DNA from: Candidatus Latescibacterota bacterium
GTDB lineage: Bacteria; Latescibacterota; UBA2968; UBA8231
DNA length: 64,000 nt
Direction of reading: 5' to 3'
Assembly (NCBI GenBank): GCA_964291625.2
Contig: OZ220089.1
Span: forward strand, 1,728,001 to 1,792,000
Under the pieces are notes generated by a model. The model was not told the DNA's origin. It was given only the letters and a program-made list of their open reading frames with translations, and searched no databases. Of this stretch, positions 41,436-50,359 are shown piece by piece. The translations under genes were made by a program, and so were the position numbers. Position 1 is the first letter of the stretch; every line of letters starts with the position of its first letter.

Positions 41436-44141
41436 ATGACCCTTGGAAGAGCGTGGCTTCCCGCGTTGGCCTGCGTCCTGGCCGCGGCGGTTCCCGCCAT
41501 GTCGCTGGACACCCTGCGCGTGGGCATGTCCGGCAACGTGTCCTGGTCCGGGGAGTCCTTTCTCGAGGGCGTCACCACCATCCCGCCCGAGTACAAGGTC
41601 GAGCGCCAACTCACCGAGGTCGGAAGCACCCCGGGGAACCTCATCGACCTGGAACGCCTCCGGGATACGGCGCCCCGGCTGCTCGTCAAGACCGTCATCG
41701 ACGCCGCCGACCGCGACCTCGCCCGGTTGACGGAGCGTACCTCCTCCACACTGCTCCCCGCCCTCGAGCAGATGCCAGGCGTCGAGGATACCGAGATCGT
41801 CACCGGCGGAAACCTCTTCGCCGTCATCCTCCGCCTGGAGCCGGGCACCGACCTGCTGTCGGCTGCCGAGGCCCTGGACGAGGCCCTCGAAGAGGTGCGG
41901 CAGCCAGGCATCAACCCGGTGGTGCTTCCCGTCGCCCTGGCGCCGGACCACTTGGCCCGGGGGCAGAACGTGGCCCAGCTGGCCCTCGGCTGGGGAGGAC
42001 GCATCGAGGCGCCTGCGGTCAAGGACGTCCCCCGGGCCGAGCTGGAGGAAGTCCTGCTCGAGCTGATCACGCCCGAAGGCTCGGAGGACGCCTTCCAGCG
42101 CAAGGGAGAACGCGGGGCCCTGGGGACCTTCGTCGTCCTCGACCTCGGCGCCCCCATCGGCGTCAACCGGATCCGCTTCTACCCCCGCAACACCGTTCAG
42201 CCGGCTCCCAACTATCCCTTCCAGAACGACTTCCTGCGGCAGTTCGAGCTGATGCTGCACGGCGGCCAGAACCTGGTGCTGGACGGCACCGGCCGCCTCG
42301 TTCCCCAGCTGCAGGACTACGAGGTGCTGCGGCGCACCGTGGACAACCAGGACGCCGTGGTCGATATCGCCGTATCCCCCGCGCGGCTCGTGCGCTTCGT
42401 GCGCCTCAAGGCGATCTCCTCCTTCCCCTACGAGCTCGACGAGATCGAGGTCTTCGGCCAGGGCTTCATCTCCGAGGCCCGCTACCTGTCTCCGGTCTAC
42501 GACCTCGGCTCCGTGGCGACCTGGGGCAACATCAGCTGGATCGAGCGCTTCATCGACCGGCGCCTGGACACCGGCGAGGGCGCCCAGGAGACGGACGACA
42601 ACTGCCAGGTCTTCGAGAAGGAGTTCGCCACCGCCGAGGAAGTGACGGAGACCTGGGGTGACTGCGAGACCGTCGGGGAGAACCGTCCCGGAACCGGATA
42701 CATCACGGTGTGGAACTGCGCGCAGACGGTCTGCCGCGACGACCTCGGCGGTCAGACCGTGACCCCCGGACGAGCCAAGAGGGTGGCTGGTCCCGCCGCC
42801 CGACCGGCCCAGCTCGACTCGGGGGAGGAGGTTTCCCAGGTCCTGGTGCGCACGCGCACGGGGAGCGATGCCTCGCCCCTGCTCTATTGGCGCCGCAACG
42901 TGGAGCGCATCAGCGACCCCGAGCGCTCCGAGTCGCTCGCCGATCCAACCCAGCCGCTGGGCCGCGACGAGTATCTGGGTCTGAGCCCGAACCTCGAGGC
43001 GGTCCCTCCCGAGGTGTGGGACAAGGGTGAGATCACCGACGACCTTGGCCGGTGGAGCCCCTGGTCGGCGCCCTATCGGACCGGGCATCTCCCCGGCGGC
43101 GAGCCGATCCTGTCACCCGGCCCGCGGCGCTTCATCCAGTTCTCCGTGGAGTTCAGGAACCAGGCCATCGACGCCACCAAGGTGATCGAGCAGCTGTCGA
43201 TCGAGTACCTCTCCCCGCCGATCGCCGACGACCTGATCGCCGAGATCTACCCCCGCGACGTGGAGGCCTTCGAGGCCGTGCCTTTCACCTACGCCGTTCG
43301 CGCCCTCATGGACATCCCCGGGATCAAGGGCTTCGACCGCTTCGAGGTCTCCACCCCGACGCGGGTGTTGGGGATCGACCGCATCCGGATCATCGACGGC
43401 TCGCCGGAGGAGAACGTGCTCCTCGAGGCCGGGATCAACGCCGACATCAGCTCCGGCGAGGTGCCGGAAGTGGTGCTGGCCGACGGCAGCCGGCATTCGA
43501 TCCCGTACATCGTGACCTCGGCCGAGGGAGACACCTTCGGCGTCGAATCGGTGACCGACCAGGGCTTCGCCGTCCGCTTTCCACCTGTCCAGCGGCCCTC
43601 CACCGGCGGCCAGCGGCTGGTCAAGATCGACTTCCGCAGCCGGGTCCTGCTATACAGCACCGTCTTCCGCGGGGCCGCGGGGTTCGCCGCGGAGGCCGGG
43701 ACGGTGCAGCGCATCACGCCGGGGAACGCCGCCTTCCTCGGCGAGGGCGACCTGCCCACCGCATCGGGGATCACGGTGCTGAGCCCCTCGATCACCGAGA
43801 GCAGCCTGGTGGGCGCGATCCAGCTGGCTCCGAACCCCTTCACGCCCAACGGCGACGGCATCAACGACGCCCTCGAGGTCGCCTACGACATCACCGCCGT
43901 CACTCGTCCGGCGGAGGTGTCGATCGTCCTCTTCGACCTGTCCGGACGGCAGGTGCGGGAGCTCTACGAGAGTGCCGACCTGAGCGGACACTACGACTCG
44001 GGCTCGCAACCCCGGCTGAGCTGGGACGGCCGCGACGACGACGGCAATCCCGTGCCCCCCGGGATCTACATCCTCCGGGCCTCCGTCGCCGGAGACGCTC
44101 GCACCAGCGAGCAGGTGCGCACCATCGCGGTGGCCTACTGA
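41436..44141 (+). CDS. Secreted IAVAY-tail protein 3
   Basis: Signal peptide, VLDLGAPIGVNRIRFYPR, EVFGQGF, WSPWSAPY, SPGPRRFIQ, PNPFTPNGDGIND, ends IAVAY. GGAGG RBS. Confidence 0.88.
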   Translation: MTLGRAWLPALACVLAAAVPAMSLDTLRVGMSGNVSWSGESFLEGVTTIPPEYKVERQLTEVGSTPGNLIDLERLRDTAPRLLVKTVIDAADRDLARLTERTSSTLLPALEQMPGVEDTEIVTGGNLFAVILRLEPGTDLLSAAEALDEALEEVRQPGINPVVLPVALAPDHLARGQNVAQLALGWGGRIEAPAVKDVPRAELEEVLLELITPEGSEDAFQRKGERGALGTFVVLDLGAPIGVNRIRFYPRNTVQPAPNYPFQNDFLRQFELMLHGGQNLVLDGTGRLVPQLQDYEVLRRTVDNQDAVVDIAVSPARLVRFVRLKAISSFPYELDEIEVFGQGFISEARYLSPVYDLGSVATWGNISWIERFIDRRLDTGEGAQETDDNCQVFEKEFATAEEVTETWGDCETVGENRPGTGYITVWNCAQTVCRDDLGGQTVTPGRAKRVAGPAARPAQLDSGEEVSQVLVRTRTGSDASPLLYWRRNVERISDPERSESLADPTQPLGRDEYLGLSPNLEAVPPEVWDKGEITDDLGRWSPWSAPYRTGHLPGGEPILSPGPRRFIQFSVEFRNQAIDATKVIEQLSIEYLSPPIADDLIAEIYPRDVEAFEAVPFTYAVRALMDIPGIKGFDRFEVSTPTRVLGIDRIRIIDGSPEENVLLEAGINADISSGEVPEVVLADGSRHSIPYIVTSAEGDTFGVESVTDQGFAVRFPPVQRPSTGGQRLVKIDFRSRVLLYSTVFRGAAGFAAEAGTVQRITPGNAAFLGEGDLPTASGITVLSPSITESSLVGAIQLAPNPFTPNGDGINDALEVAYDITAVTRPAEVSIVLFDLSGRQVRELYESADLSGHYDSGSQPRLSWDGRDDDGNPVPPGIYILRASVAGDARTSEQVRTIAVAY

Positions 44142-44162
44142 GCGCCCGGCGGCGTCAGGCGC

Positions 44163-46460
44163 TCAGCGCAACCCCTCCATCATCTCCCGCAGGTCCTGCT
44201 TGAGGCTCTCGGCAAAGTCCTGGTGGCGGCGGTCCGTGTGCAGCCGCTTCAGGCGCTCGATGTAGGCCGCCCCCACCCGGCTGTCCCCTACCACCTGGTG
44301 GAGATGGCCGGCGACCCAGGTGGCCCCGATGTGGTCGGGGTCGACCGCCAGGATCGCCTCCGCCTGCTCCAGGGCCTCGGCGCCGCGGTGCTCGACGATG
44401 AGCTGCGCCGCCAGCATCCACCGGGCCTCCACCGCCCCCGGGCGATGCTCGATCGCCCGCAACAGGCGCGACTTGGCCTCCGCGGGGCGGTCTTCCCGGA
44501 ACATCAGTCGGGCCAGCCGCAGACTGGCCTCCACCCGGGCCGGGTCCCGCCGCAGGATCGCGTCGTATTGCTTCTCCGACTCCGCGTACCGCCCCTGCTC
44601 CTCCAGCACCATGCCGAGCTGGAGGCGGGCGTCGAGGGAATCCGGCGCCAGCTCCAGGAGGGACCGGTAGGCGGTCACGGCCTCCGCGAGCCGGCCCAGC
44701 CGGGCGTACGTCGCCGCCAGGCGGCCATTGATCTCCACGGGACCGGCGGCCATGGCGCCGCTCTCGCGGGCCTTGGACAGGCCGGGGTGGTGCAGCAGTT
44801 CCTCGTATGCTTCCAGGGCGGGCTCGTGCCGGCCGGCGCGCAGGCTGGCATCGCCCAGGGCCAGCAGGCCCTGCGGGTCCTCCGGGAAGCGCTCCACGTA
44901 GGCCTCGAACTCCCCTGCGGCGCGCTCGAACCGCCCCTGCTCGGCGTACAGGGCCCCCAGGTTGTAGCGGGCTGCCCGGATCGAGGGGTCCAGCTGCAGG
45001 GCGCGGCGGTAGTGGCGCAGGGCGTTGGCCCCCATCCCCTTCTGCTGATAGACGAACCCCAGCCTGTGCTGGGTCCCGGCGCCTCCCTCGGGGTCCATGA
45101 CCGGGGCGTCGGTGTTGCACAGGGCGCCGAAGGCGAGCAGGACCCCTGCGGGCAGCGCCGCCTGCCTCCAGCCGAGACGCACCCGCGCCGCCAGTTCCCA
45201 GGCGCCGAGGGCGGCCAGCAGCAGCAGCACGGGCACCACGGGGAGCCGGTAGCGGGAGGCCGGGAAGAAGGCGATCACCGTGCCCCCGTAGACCGCCAGG
45301 AACCACAGCAGGAGGCGCGCCTCCGGGCGCCGGAACCAACCCCCCCGCCATCCCAGCAGGACCCCCAGCAGGGCCAGGGGCATGGCCAGCCCCATGGGGA
45401 AGGCCAGCCAGTGGCTCCAGAGCAGGACCGACAGCAGCCCCGACCAGGTCCGCGCCTGGTACAGGTCGAGGTTGCGGCCGGCCTCGGCGCCGTGGAGGAA
45501 GTCCTGGGCCTTGTGAACGACGAGCCTCAGCCAGGGCCCGGGTTCGGTGACCGCGAACTCCACGGCGCGGCCGAGGAACCACCGCGACTGGTCCGACGGG
45601 GTCACGGCTCCGGCCTCCCGCCGCGGCAGGGAGACCAGCTCCACCCACTCCGGTCCGGGCTGGATCTCCACGGTGCGCTCGAAGTCGGGGTTGTTGCCTA
45701 TGAAGGCGTTGACCCCGGCGTTGGAGGAGATCAGCACGAGGTCGTGGCCGACCAGGAGGTTGCGCGCCGTCACCGGGGCGATGGCCAGGGCGGCCCCGAG
45801 AAGCAGCAAGGCCGGGGCCAGCCACGGGGACGCGTCCGCCGAGGGCCGGCGCCTGAGCCACGCGGCGGCCACGGGCGCGAAGGCCAACACGTTGGCCACG
45901 CACAGCGCCGCCGCCCCCATGGCAGCCCCGGCGAGCAGGGAGCCGCGGGCCCTCGCCCCGGGAGAAGGCGCCTCGGCGGCGCGCAGCAGCAGCAGCAGCG
46001 CCGCCAGGTCCAGGGGGACGGCGAGGACAGCCGGCAGCAGCTCCCCTCCGAACAGCACCAGGGGGCCCCAGAGGGCGGCCGCCAGGGCCGCCGCCAGCCC
46101 GAGAGCCGGCGTCAGGGTGCGGCACCCCAGCCGCCAGAGGAGAACGCAGGTCAGCGCCCCGATGAAGGCCTGGAGCACCCGGGGAGCGGTCCAGTCGACC
46201 CCGGTGAGGGCCCAGACCGCCCCCAGGAAGTATGGGTAGAGGGGAGGCTGCCAGAAGGGCGCCGGCGGCCCGAGCCAGGCGCCGGCGGCCAACTCCCGCG
46301 CCGCGTCGGCGTAGGTACGGGCGTCGACGACGGGCGCGTCGTAGAAGGGGCTGTCGCCGATCCCGCCCAGGTAGGCGAGACGGATGGCGAGGGCCAGGGT
46401 GAAGACCGCCGCCGCCCCCGGCCCGCCGCGCCAGCGGAAGCCGGTCAGGAGCGCCCGCAC
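44163..46460 (-). CDS. GT-C (ArnT/PMT-like) glycosyltransferase with C-terminal TPR repeats
   Basis: VVDARTY, PFWQPPLYPYFLG, NAGVNAFIGNN and SRYRLP in the TM region, followed by multiple TPRs (ARYNLGALYAEQGRFERA). Confidence 0.8.
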   Translation of the reverse strand: MRALLTGFRWRGGPGAAAVFTLALAIRLAYLGGIGDSPFYDAPVVDARTYADAARELAAGAWLGPPAPFWQPPLYPYFLGAVWALTGVDWTAPRVLQAFIGALTCVLLWRLGCRTLTPALGLAAALAAALWGPLVLFGGELLPAVLAVPLDLAALLLLLRAAEAPSPGARARGSLLAGAAMGAAALCVANVLAFAPVAAAWLRRRPSADASPWLAPALLLLGAALAIAPVTARNLLVGHDLVLISSNAGVNAFIGNNPDFERTVEIQPGPEWVELVSLPRREAGAVTPSDQSRWFLGRAVEFAVTEPGPWLRLVVHKAQDFLHGAEAGRNLDLYQARTWSGLLSVLLWSHWLAFPMGLAMPLALLGVLLGWRGGWFRRPEARLLLWFLAVYGGTVIAFFPASRYRLPVVPVLLLLAALGAWELAARVRLGWRQAALPAGVLLAFGALCNTDAPVMDPEGGAGTQHRLGFVYQQKGMGANALRHYRRALQLDPSIRAARYNLGALYAEQGRFERAAGEFEAYVERFPEDPQGLLALGDASLRAGRHEPALEAYEELLHHPGLSKARESGAMAAGPVEINGRLAATYARLGRLAEAVTAYRSLLELAPDSLDARLQLGMVLEEQGRYAESEKQYDAILRRDPARVEASLRLARLMFREDRPAEAKSRLLRAIEHRPGAVEARWMLAAQLIVEHRGAEALEQAEAILAVDPDHIGATWVAGHLHQVVGDSRVGAAYIERLKRLHTDRRHQDFAESLKQDLREMMEGLR

Positions 46461-46494
46461 GCCTCCTGGCCGCCGCCGTGCCGTGGGAGGGGCT

Positions 46495-49212
46495 TCAGGT
46501 GCCCAGACCCGCGTAGACGGTGATGAAGCCGGAGGTGATGGACTTGGTCCTCACCGAGGGATCCTCGAAATCCCGCAGGTCGTGCTTGAGACCGACCTGC
46601 GTGGTCAGCTCATAACCCTGGTAGGCGGAGACATTGGTCAACTGTCCGGCGACGATGAAGGACTGGAAGTCGTTCAGGTCGCTGTCCAGATCGCTGAAAC
46701 GCACATACTCGAGCCCCGCCGAAACGACGGAATGACTGAGCATGGGGAACTCGACGATGGTGCCGACGATCTCGGTGAGCTCGCGGCGCTCGCGGTTGGA
46801 GAACAGGTCGAAGGTCTGGTTGCGGAACTCGCTCTTCCAACGGGGCTCGATCTGCGCGCGGCCCAGGTCGAATCGATACTCCGCCTTGTTGATCAGGCCG
46901 ACGAAGAACTCGCTGGCTCCCAGGCCCAGGGGCTGTCGCTCCTCGGCGCTCAATCGCTGGTTCCACAGATCCCACTTGAAGCTGTTCTTCACGCGCAAGC
47001 CGGGCAGGGGCTCCACCGAGTGGGCCACGGCGATGGTGTTGGCGAAGGTGTCGCGGCCGAGGAGGGGATCGAGAACCTCCACGTTGCGGTCGTTGCGCAG
47101 GGTGTTGCGGTTGTCCCACTGCAGGATGTCGTCGGGCAGGTCATCCCGTATGCTCTTGACCATTTTGAAGATGCGCAGCCGCCCCCAGCGAGGATGGTCG
47201 GCATCGACGTTTACCAGGGCATAGGAGGTCTCGTTGCTCCGGTCGGAGGTGATCTCATCCTCCTCGAGACGCCCGGCAGCGACGCGAACCTCGGGGGTCA
47301 GGAAGAGACCGGCATAGGCGTTCCATCCGCGCCGGTTCCTCTTGTAGGGCAGATCGGGGTCGTTGTCGTTCTCGAACCGATCGACCCAGGTGTTGTTGTT
47401 GGCGTCGATGCCGTAGAGGAACTCCGGCCGGTCCACGTGCTGGCGCAGGAAGGGCTCCTCGTAGTCGGGGATCAGGTTGATGATGCGGCCGTTGTCGTTC
47501 TGGTTGAAGTCGGGGATGAAATCATTGTTCTCATCCCAGCCGGGAAAAACGGCGTAGTCCGTGGCCAGGGCGTCGTTGCGGCCCCAGTCCGGGGTCCGGT
47601 CCTGATCGTCGTTGTCCTCGATGAACTCGTAGACGAACCGCTCGATGCGCCCGGGCTGGCCGCGCTGGTAGTAGCCCGAGGTGTAGTCGATCGTGCCGTC
47701 CTGCTCCGTTACCCAGATGCTGGTGGCGTACTGCGGGTCGATCTCGAAGGCCTCGCCGTAGGCGAAGAACGGATACTCCTTCTTGTCGGCGTGGACCATC
47801 CATGCGCTGGCGGAGGGACGCTGGTCGGTCCCGGATGACGACGAGTGATCCGTGTTGCCCTGATCGTTGCTGGGGTACGGATACTTGCGGTAGACGCGAC
47901 TGTTGTCCCACTCGCCGTAGACGTTCACCCCCTTGACGTCGGTGAGCTCCACGGTGAAGCCGAAGATGCTGGTCGCCGTGGGCAGGCCGTACTCGAAGGT
48001 GATGAGGGAGAGGTTGGTGTTGTCCTTGACGTTGCCGCGGGCCTGGGCCACGAGGAGGAAGACGGGGTCGCTGGCGCTTCCCTGCTGGCGGTTGGAGGTG
48101 TACTGCACTTTGTAGTCGTTGCCGAGGACGAGCTCGAACTCGACCTTGCGAATCTGGGTCTTGTCCTGGGAGGCGGTGAGCAGGAAGTCGGGGCTCTCGA
48201 AGTCGTAGCGGAGGGTGATCTGCTCCTCCCCGTCGGCCGACACGAAGCCCTCCTGGGGGAAGCCGCCTTCCACGGTCGGCGCGAAGCCGATCTCCTTGCC
48301 CTCGTCGACGGACCCGTCGAGGTAGGTGATGATGATGTCGGAGCCGGCCGGGAAGAACGCTGCCCCCCCCTCGCCATCGCCGGGGGAATCGTCGCTCAGC
48401 AGGACCTCGATCCAGCTGATCGGCTCCGCCTTCTGATCGACGGTCAGCTCTCCGGCCAGCGGGTTGCCCTGAAAGCCGTCGATGAGGGTGTTGGACTGGT
48501 GGGCGTTGACGAAGTTGACCCCCAGGGTGGTGAAGTCCCCCACCTGCACCGTGCTGCGGCCACCCATCAGCGTGGTGTTGTTGGTGCGGTTGATGCCCTC
48601 GGCGAAGGTGTTGCTGCCGCCCGACTCGCTCACTCTCGAGTAGAGGGCGGTGGCCATGTACTTGTCGGTGGCCAGGTCGAACTGGACGCCGTCGAAATCG
48701 GGCTTGGAGAATGTCAGCGGGGTCAGGGTGGTGCGCAGGCCGTTGGCGATGGTGATGGAGTAGTGGTATTCCCCCTTGCTGTCGGAAGATACGACCACGC
48801 TGTTGAAGAAATTGCCGAAGCGGCCATCCTTGAACAACTGACTGCCGCGCTGCTCGGGCTGACGCTGCACGTTGTTGTAGATCAGCCACCCGCGGGTGAC
48901 GTAGTTGCCGAAGAAGTCGTAGAAGTAGTCTCCTTCGAGGCTTGTGCTCACGTAACGCTGGTACTCCCGGCGGGCGTAGTTGGAATACTCCCATTGCCGC
49001 CAGCGATAGTCGTTGTAGAGCTCCTGGGGGACGTACCACTTCCGCAGGGCCGGATCGAGGGCGTCAAAGATCACCCCCGGCCCACGGGGCGCGTAGTCGA
49101 CCTCCCCTCCCCGCTGAACCCCGAGCCTCGTGCCGTAGTCGATGGCCTCTACCGACACCCCGGTGAGCACCCACGCCACGGCGGCCAACCCCACTCCGAG
49201 AAACCGCTTCAT
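46495..49212 (-). CDS. Large secreted hypothetical protein with Asp/Asn-rich Ca-binding-like segment and beta-strand-rich C-terminus (putative outer-membrane protein)
   Basis: Signal peptide MKRFLG...VEA and GGAGG RBS. Motifs EDNDDQD, DENNDFIPD, DANNNTWVD. Amphipathic strands end GFITVYAGLGT. Confidence 0.75.
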   Translation of the reverse strand: MKRFLGVGLAAVAWVLTGVSVEAIDYGTRLGVQRGGEVDYAPRGPGVIFDALDPALRKWYVPQELYNDYRWRQWEYSNYARREYQRYVSTSLEGDYFYDFFGNYVTRGWLIYNNVQRQPEQRGSQLFKDGRFGNFFNSVVVSSDSKGEYHYSITIANGLRTTLTPLTFSKPDFDGVQFDLATDKYMATALYSRVSESGGSNTFAEGINRTNNTTLMGGRSTVQVGDFTTLGVNFVNAHQSNTLIDGFQGNPLAGELTVDQKAEPISWIEVLLSDDSPGDGEGGAAFFPAGSDIIITYLDGSVDEGKEIGFAPTVEGGFPQEGFVSADGEEQITLRYDFESPDFLLTASQDKTQIRKVEFELVLGNDYKVQYTSNRQQGSASDPVFLLVAQARGNVKDNTNLSLITFEYGLPTATSIFGFTVELTDVKGVNVYGEWDNSRVYRKYPYPSNDQGNTDHSSSSGTDQRPSASAWMVHADKKEYPFFAYGEAFEIDPQYATSIWVTEQDGTIDYTSGYYQRGQPGRIERFVYEFIEDNDDQDRTPDWGRNDALATDYAVFPGWDENNDFIPDFNQNDNGRIINLIPDYEEPFLRQHVDRPEFLYGIDANNNTWVDRFENDNDPDLPYKRNRRGWNAYAGLFLTPEVRVAAGRLEEDEITSDRSNETSYALVNVDADHPRWGRLRIFKMVKSIRDDLPDDILQWDNRNTLRNDRNVEVLDPLLGRDTFANTIAVAHSVEPLPGLRVKNSFKWDLWNQRLSAEERQPLGLGASEFFVGLINKAEYRFDLGRAQIEPRWKSEFRNQTFDLFSNRERRELTEIVGTIVEFPMLSHSVVSAGLEYVRFSDLDSDLNDFQSFIVAGQLTNVSAYQGYELTTQVGLKHDLRDFEDPSVRTKSITSGFITVYAGLGT

Positions 49213-49241
49213 CGCTCTGCCTCCCCCGAAGGCCTCCATAG

Positions 49242-49278
49242 AAAAAGGGGGCGATGGGTCGTGCTCCCCATCGCCCCC
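49242..49278 (-). terminator. Intrinsic terminator downstream of the WGRIK-tail gene
   Basis: On the minus strand: GGGGGCGATGGG-N8-CCCATCGCCCCC followed by TTTTT (perfect 12-bp stem). Confidence 0.8.
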
Positions 49279-49358
49279 CATCCACTCGGGTAGATCGGTG
49301 GGATCCCGGTCGCGCCGACGTTCGCCGGACGGCGAAGAGAGGATTCCCCCGCTGCTCG

Positions 49359-50252
49359 CTACTCGACGAACTGGGACTTGATGCGGCCCCAGGAGTCGCC
49401 CTCGACAGCCGATCGCATCTGCGTACCCCAGTCGATGCTGTCGTCGGCCTCGCTCATGACCATGTCGTTGGTGGCCTGGCAGCAGGACTCGGGAGAGACC
49501 GACCAGAAGCCCTGGTAGACCGTCCCGGGCTCGTCGAAGTCGCCGAAGGTCCAGCTCATGGCGATGACCTGGCCCTCGAAGAGATCGGTCTCCTCCGCCG
49601 CCTCGCGGTCGCCGTCGTCGGGGATGAAGTCGAGGGGCTGGATCCACATCTCGTAGTAGTAGGTGCTCTCGCCGAACTCCTCACCCGTGAAGGTGTACTC
49701 CATCTTCCAGGTGTCGTCGTTGAAGGGGTCGACGCGCCACTCGAAGTCGGGCAGGTTCTGTCCCCAGTTTCCACCCACAGGGGGCATGGCGAAGTTGAAG
49801 GACTGCTTGGTGATGCCGCCGTTGCCGGCCGCGTAGGGACCGCCGGTGACGTCGTCGGGGTGGGTCGGGGCGATGTAGATCTCCCAGGCGTCGTCGGTCC
49901 AGAACTGGCCCGGATCCTCGCGGTCCGAGTTGTGGACGTTGTCGAAGACCTCGGCCATCAGGTAGAGGCGGTTGTTGTTGTCGTTCCAGCCGACGATCTG
50001 GCGGACGCTGAGGTCGGAGACGTCGATCTCGCCGCGGTTTCCGCTGCCGAAGGCGGAATCACTGTACATGTCGTTGCCGTACTCGTAGGGAATCTGGGGA
50101 ACGACTTCCCAGTCCGACAGATCCCCGTCCACGGTGGGCACGTTGGCATCGGGGAACTGCACGGCGAAGAGGAACTCACCCTCGGGTGAGTGCGCCCAGG
50201 CGCCCGATGTTGCCAGGGCGGCCAGGGTCAGGATCGAAAGCAGTCTGCGCAT
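49359..50252 (-). CDS. Secreted acidic CBM9/DOMON-like sugar-binding protein with C-terminal AVEGDSWGRIK tail
   Basis: Signal peptide (AWA-H), PTVDGDLSDW, GWNDNNNRLY...VFDN, DAWEIY. GGAG RBS. Confidence 0.72.
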   Translation of the reverse strand: MRRLLSILTLAALATSGAWAHSPEGEFLFAVQFPDANVPTVDGDLSDWEVVPQIPYEYGNDMYSDSAFGSGNRGEIDVSDLSVRQIVGWNDNNNRLYLMAEVFDNVHNSDREDPGQFWTDDAWEIYIAPTHPDDVTGGPYAAGNGGITKQSFNFAMPPVGGNWGQNLPDFEWRVDPFNDDTWKMEYTFTGEEFGESTYYYEMWIQPLDFIPDDGDREAAEETDLFEGQVIAMSWTFGDFDEPGTVYQGFWSVSPESCCQATNDMVMSEADDSIDWGTQMRSAVEGDSWGRIKSQFVE

Positions 50253-50359
50253 GGTGCCTTCTCCAGGCTGGGTGTGGTGCTGCGTCGGAGGGTTGTCTGG
50301 GCCGGCCTGCAGCCGGTCGCCGGAAACGGGGGAATAGATAGGGAATCACCCCCGTCCGG

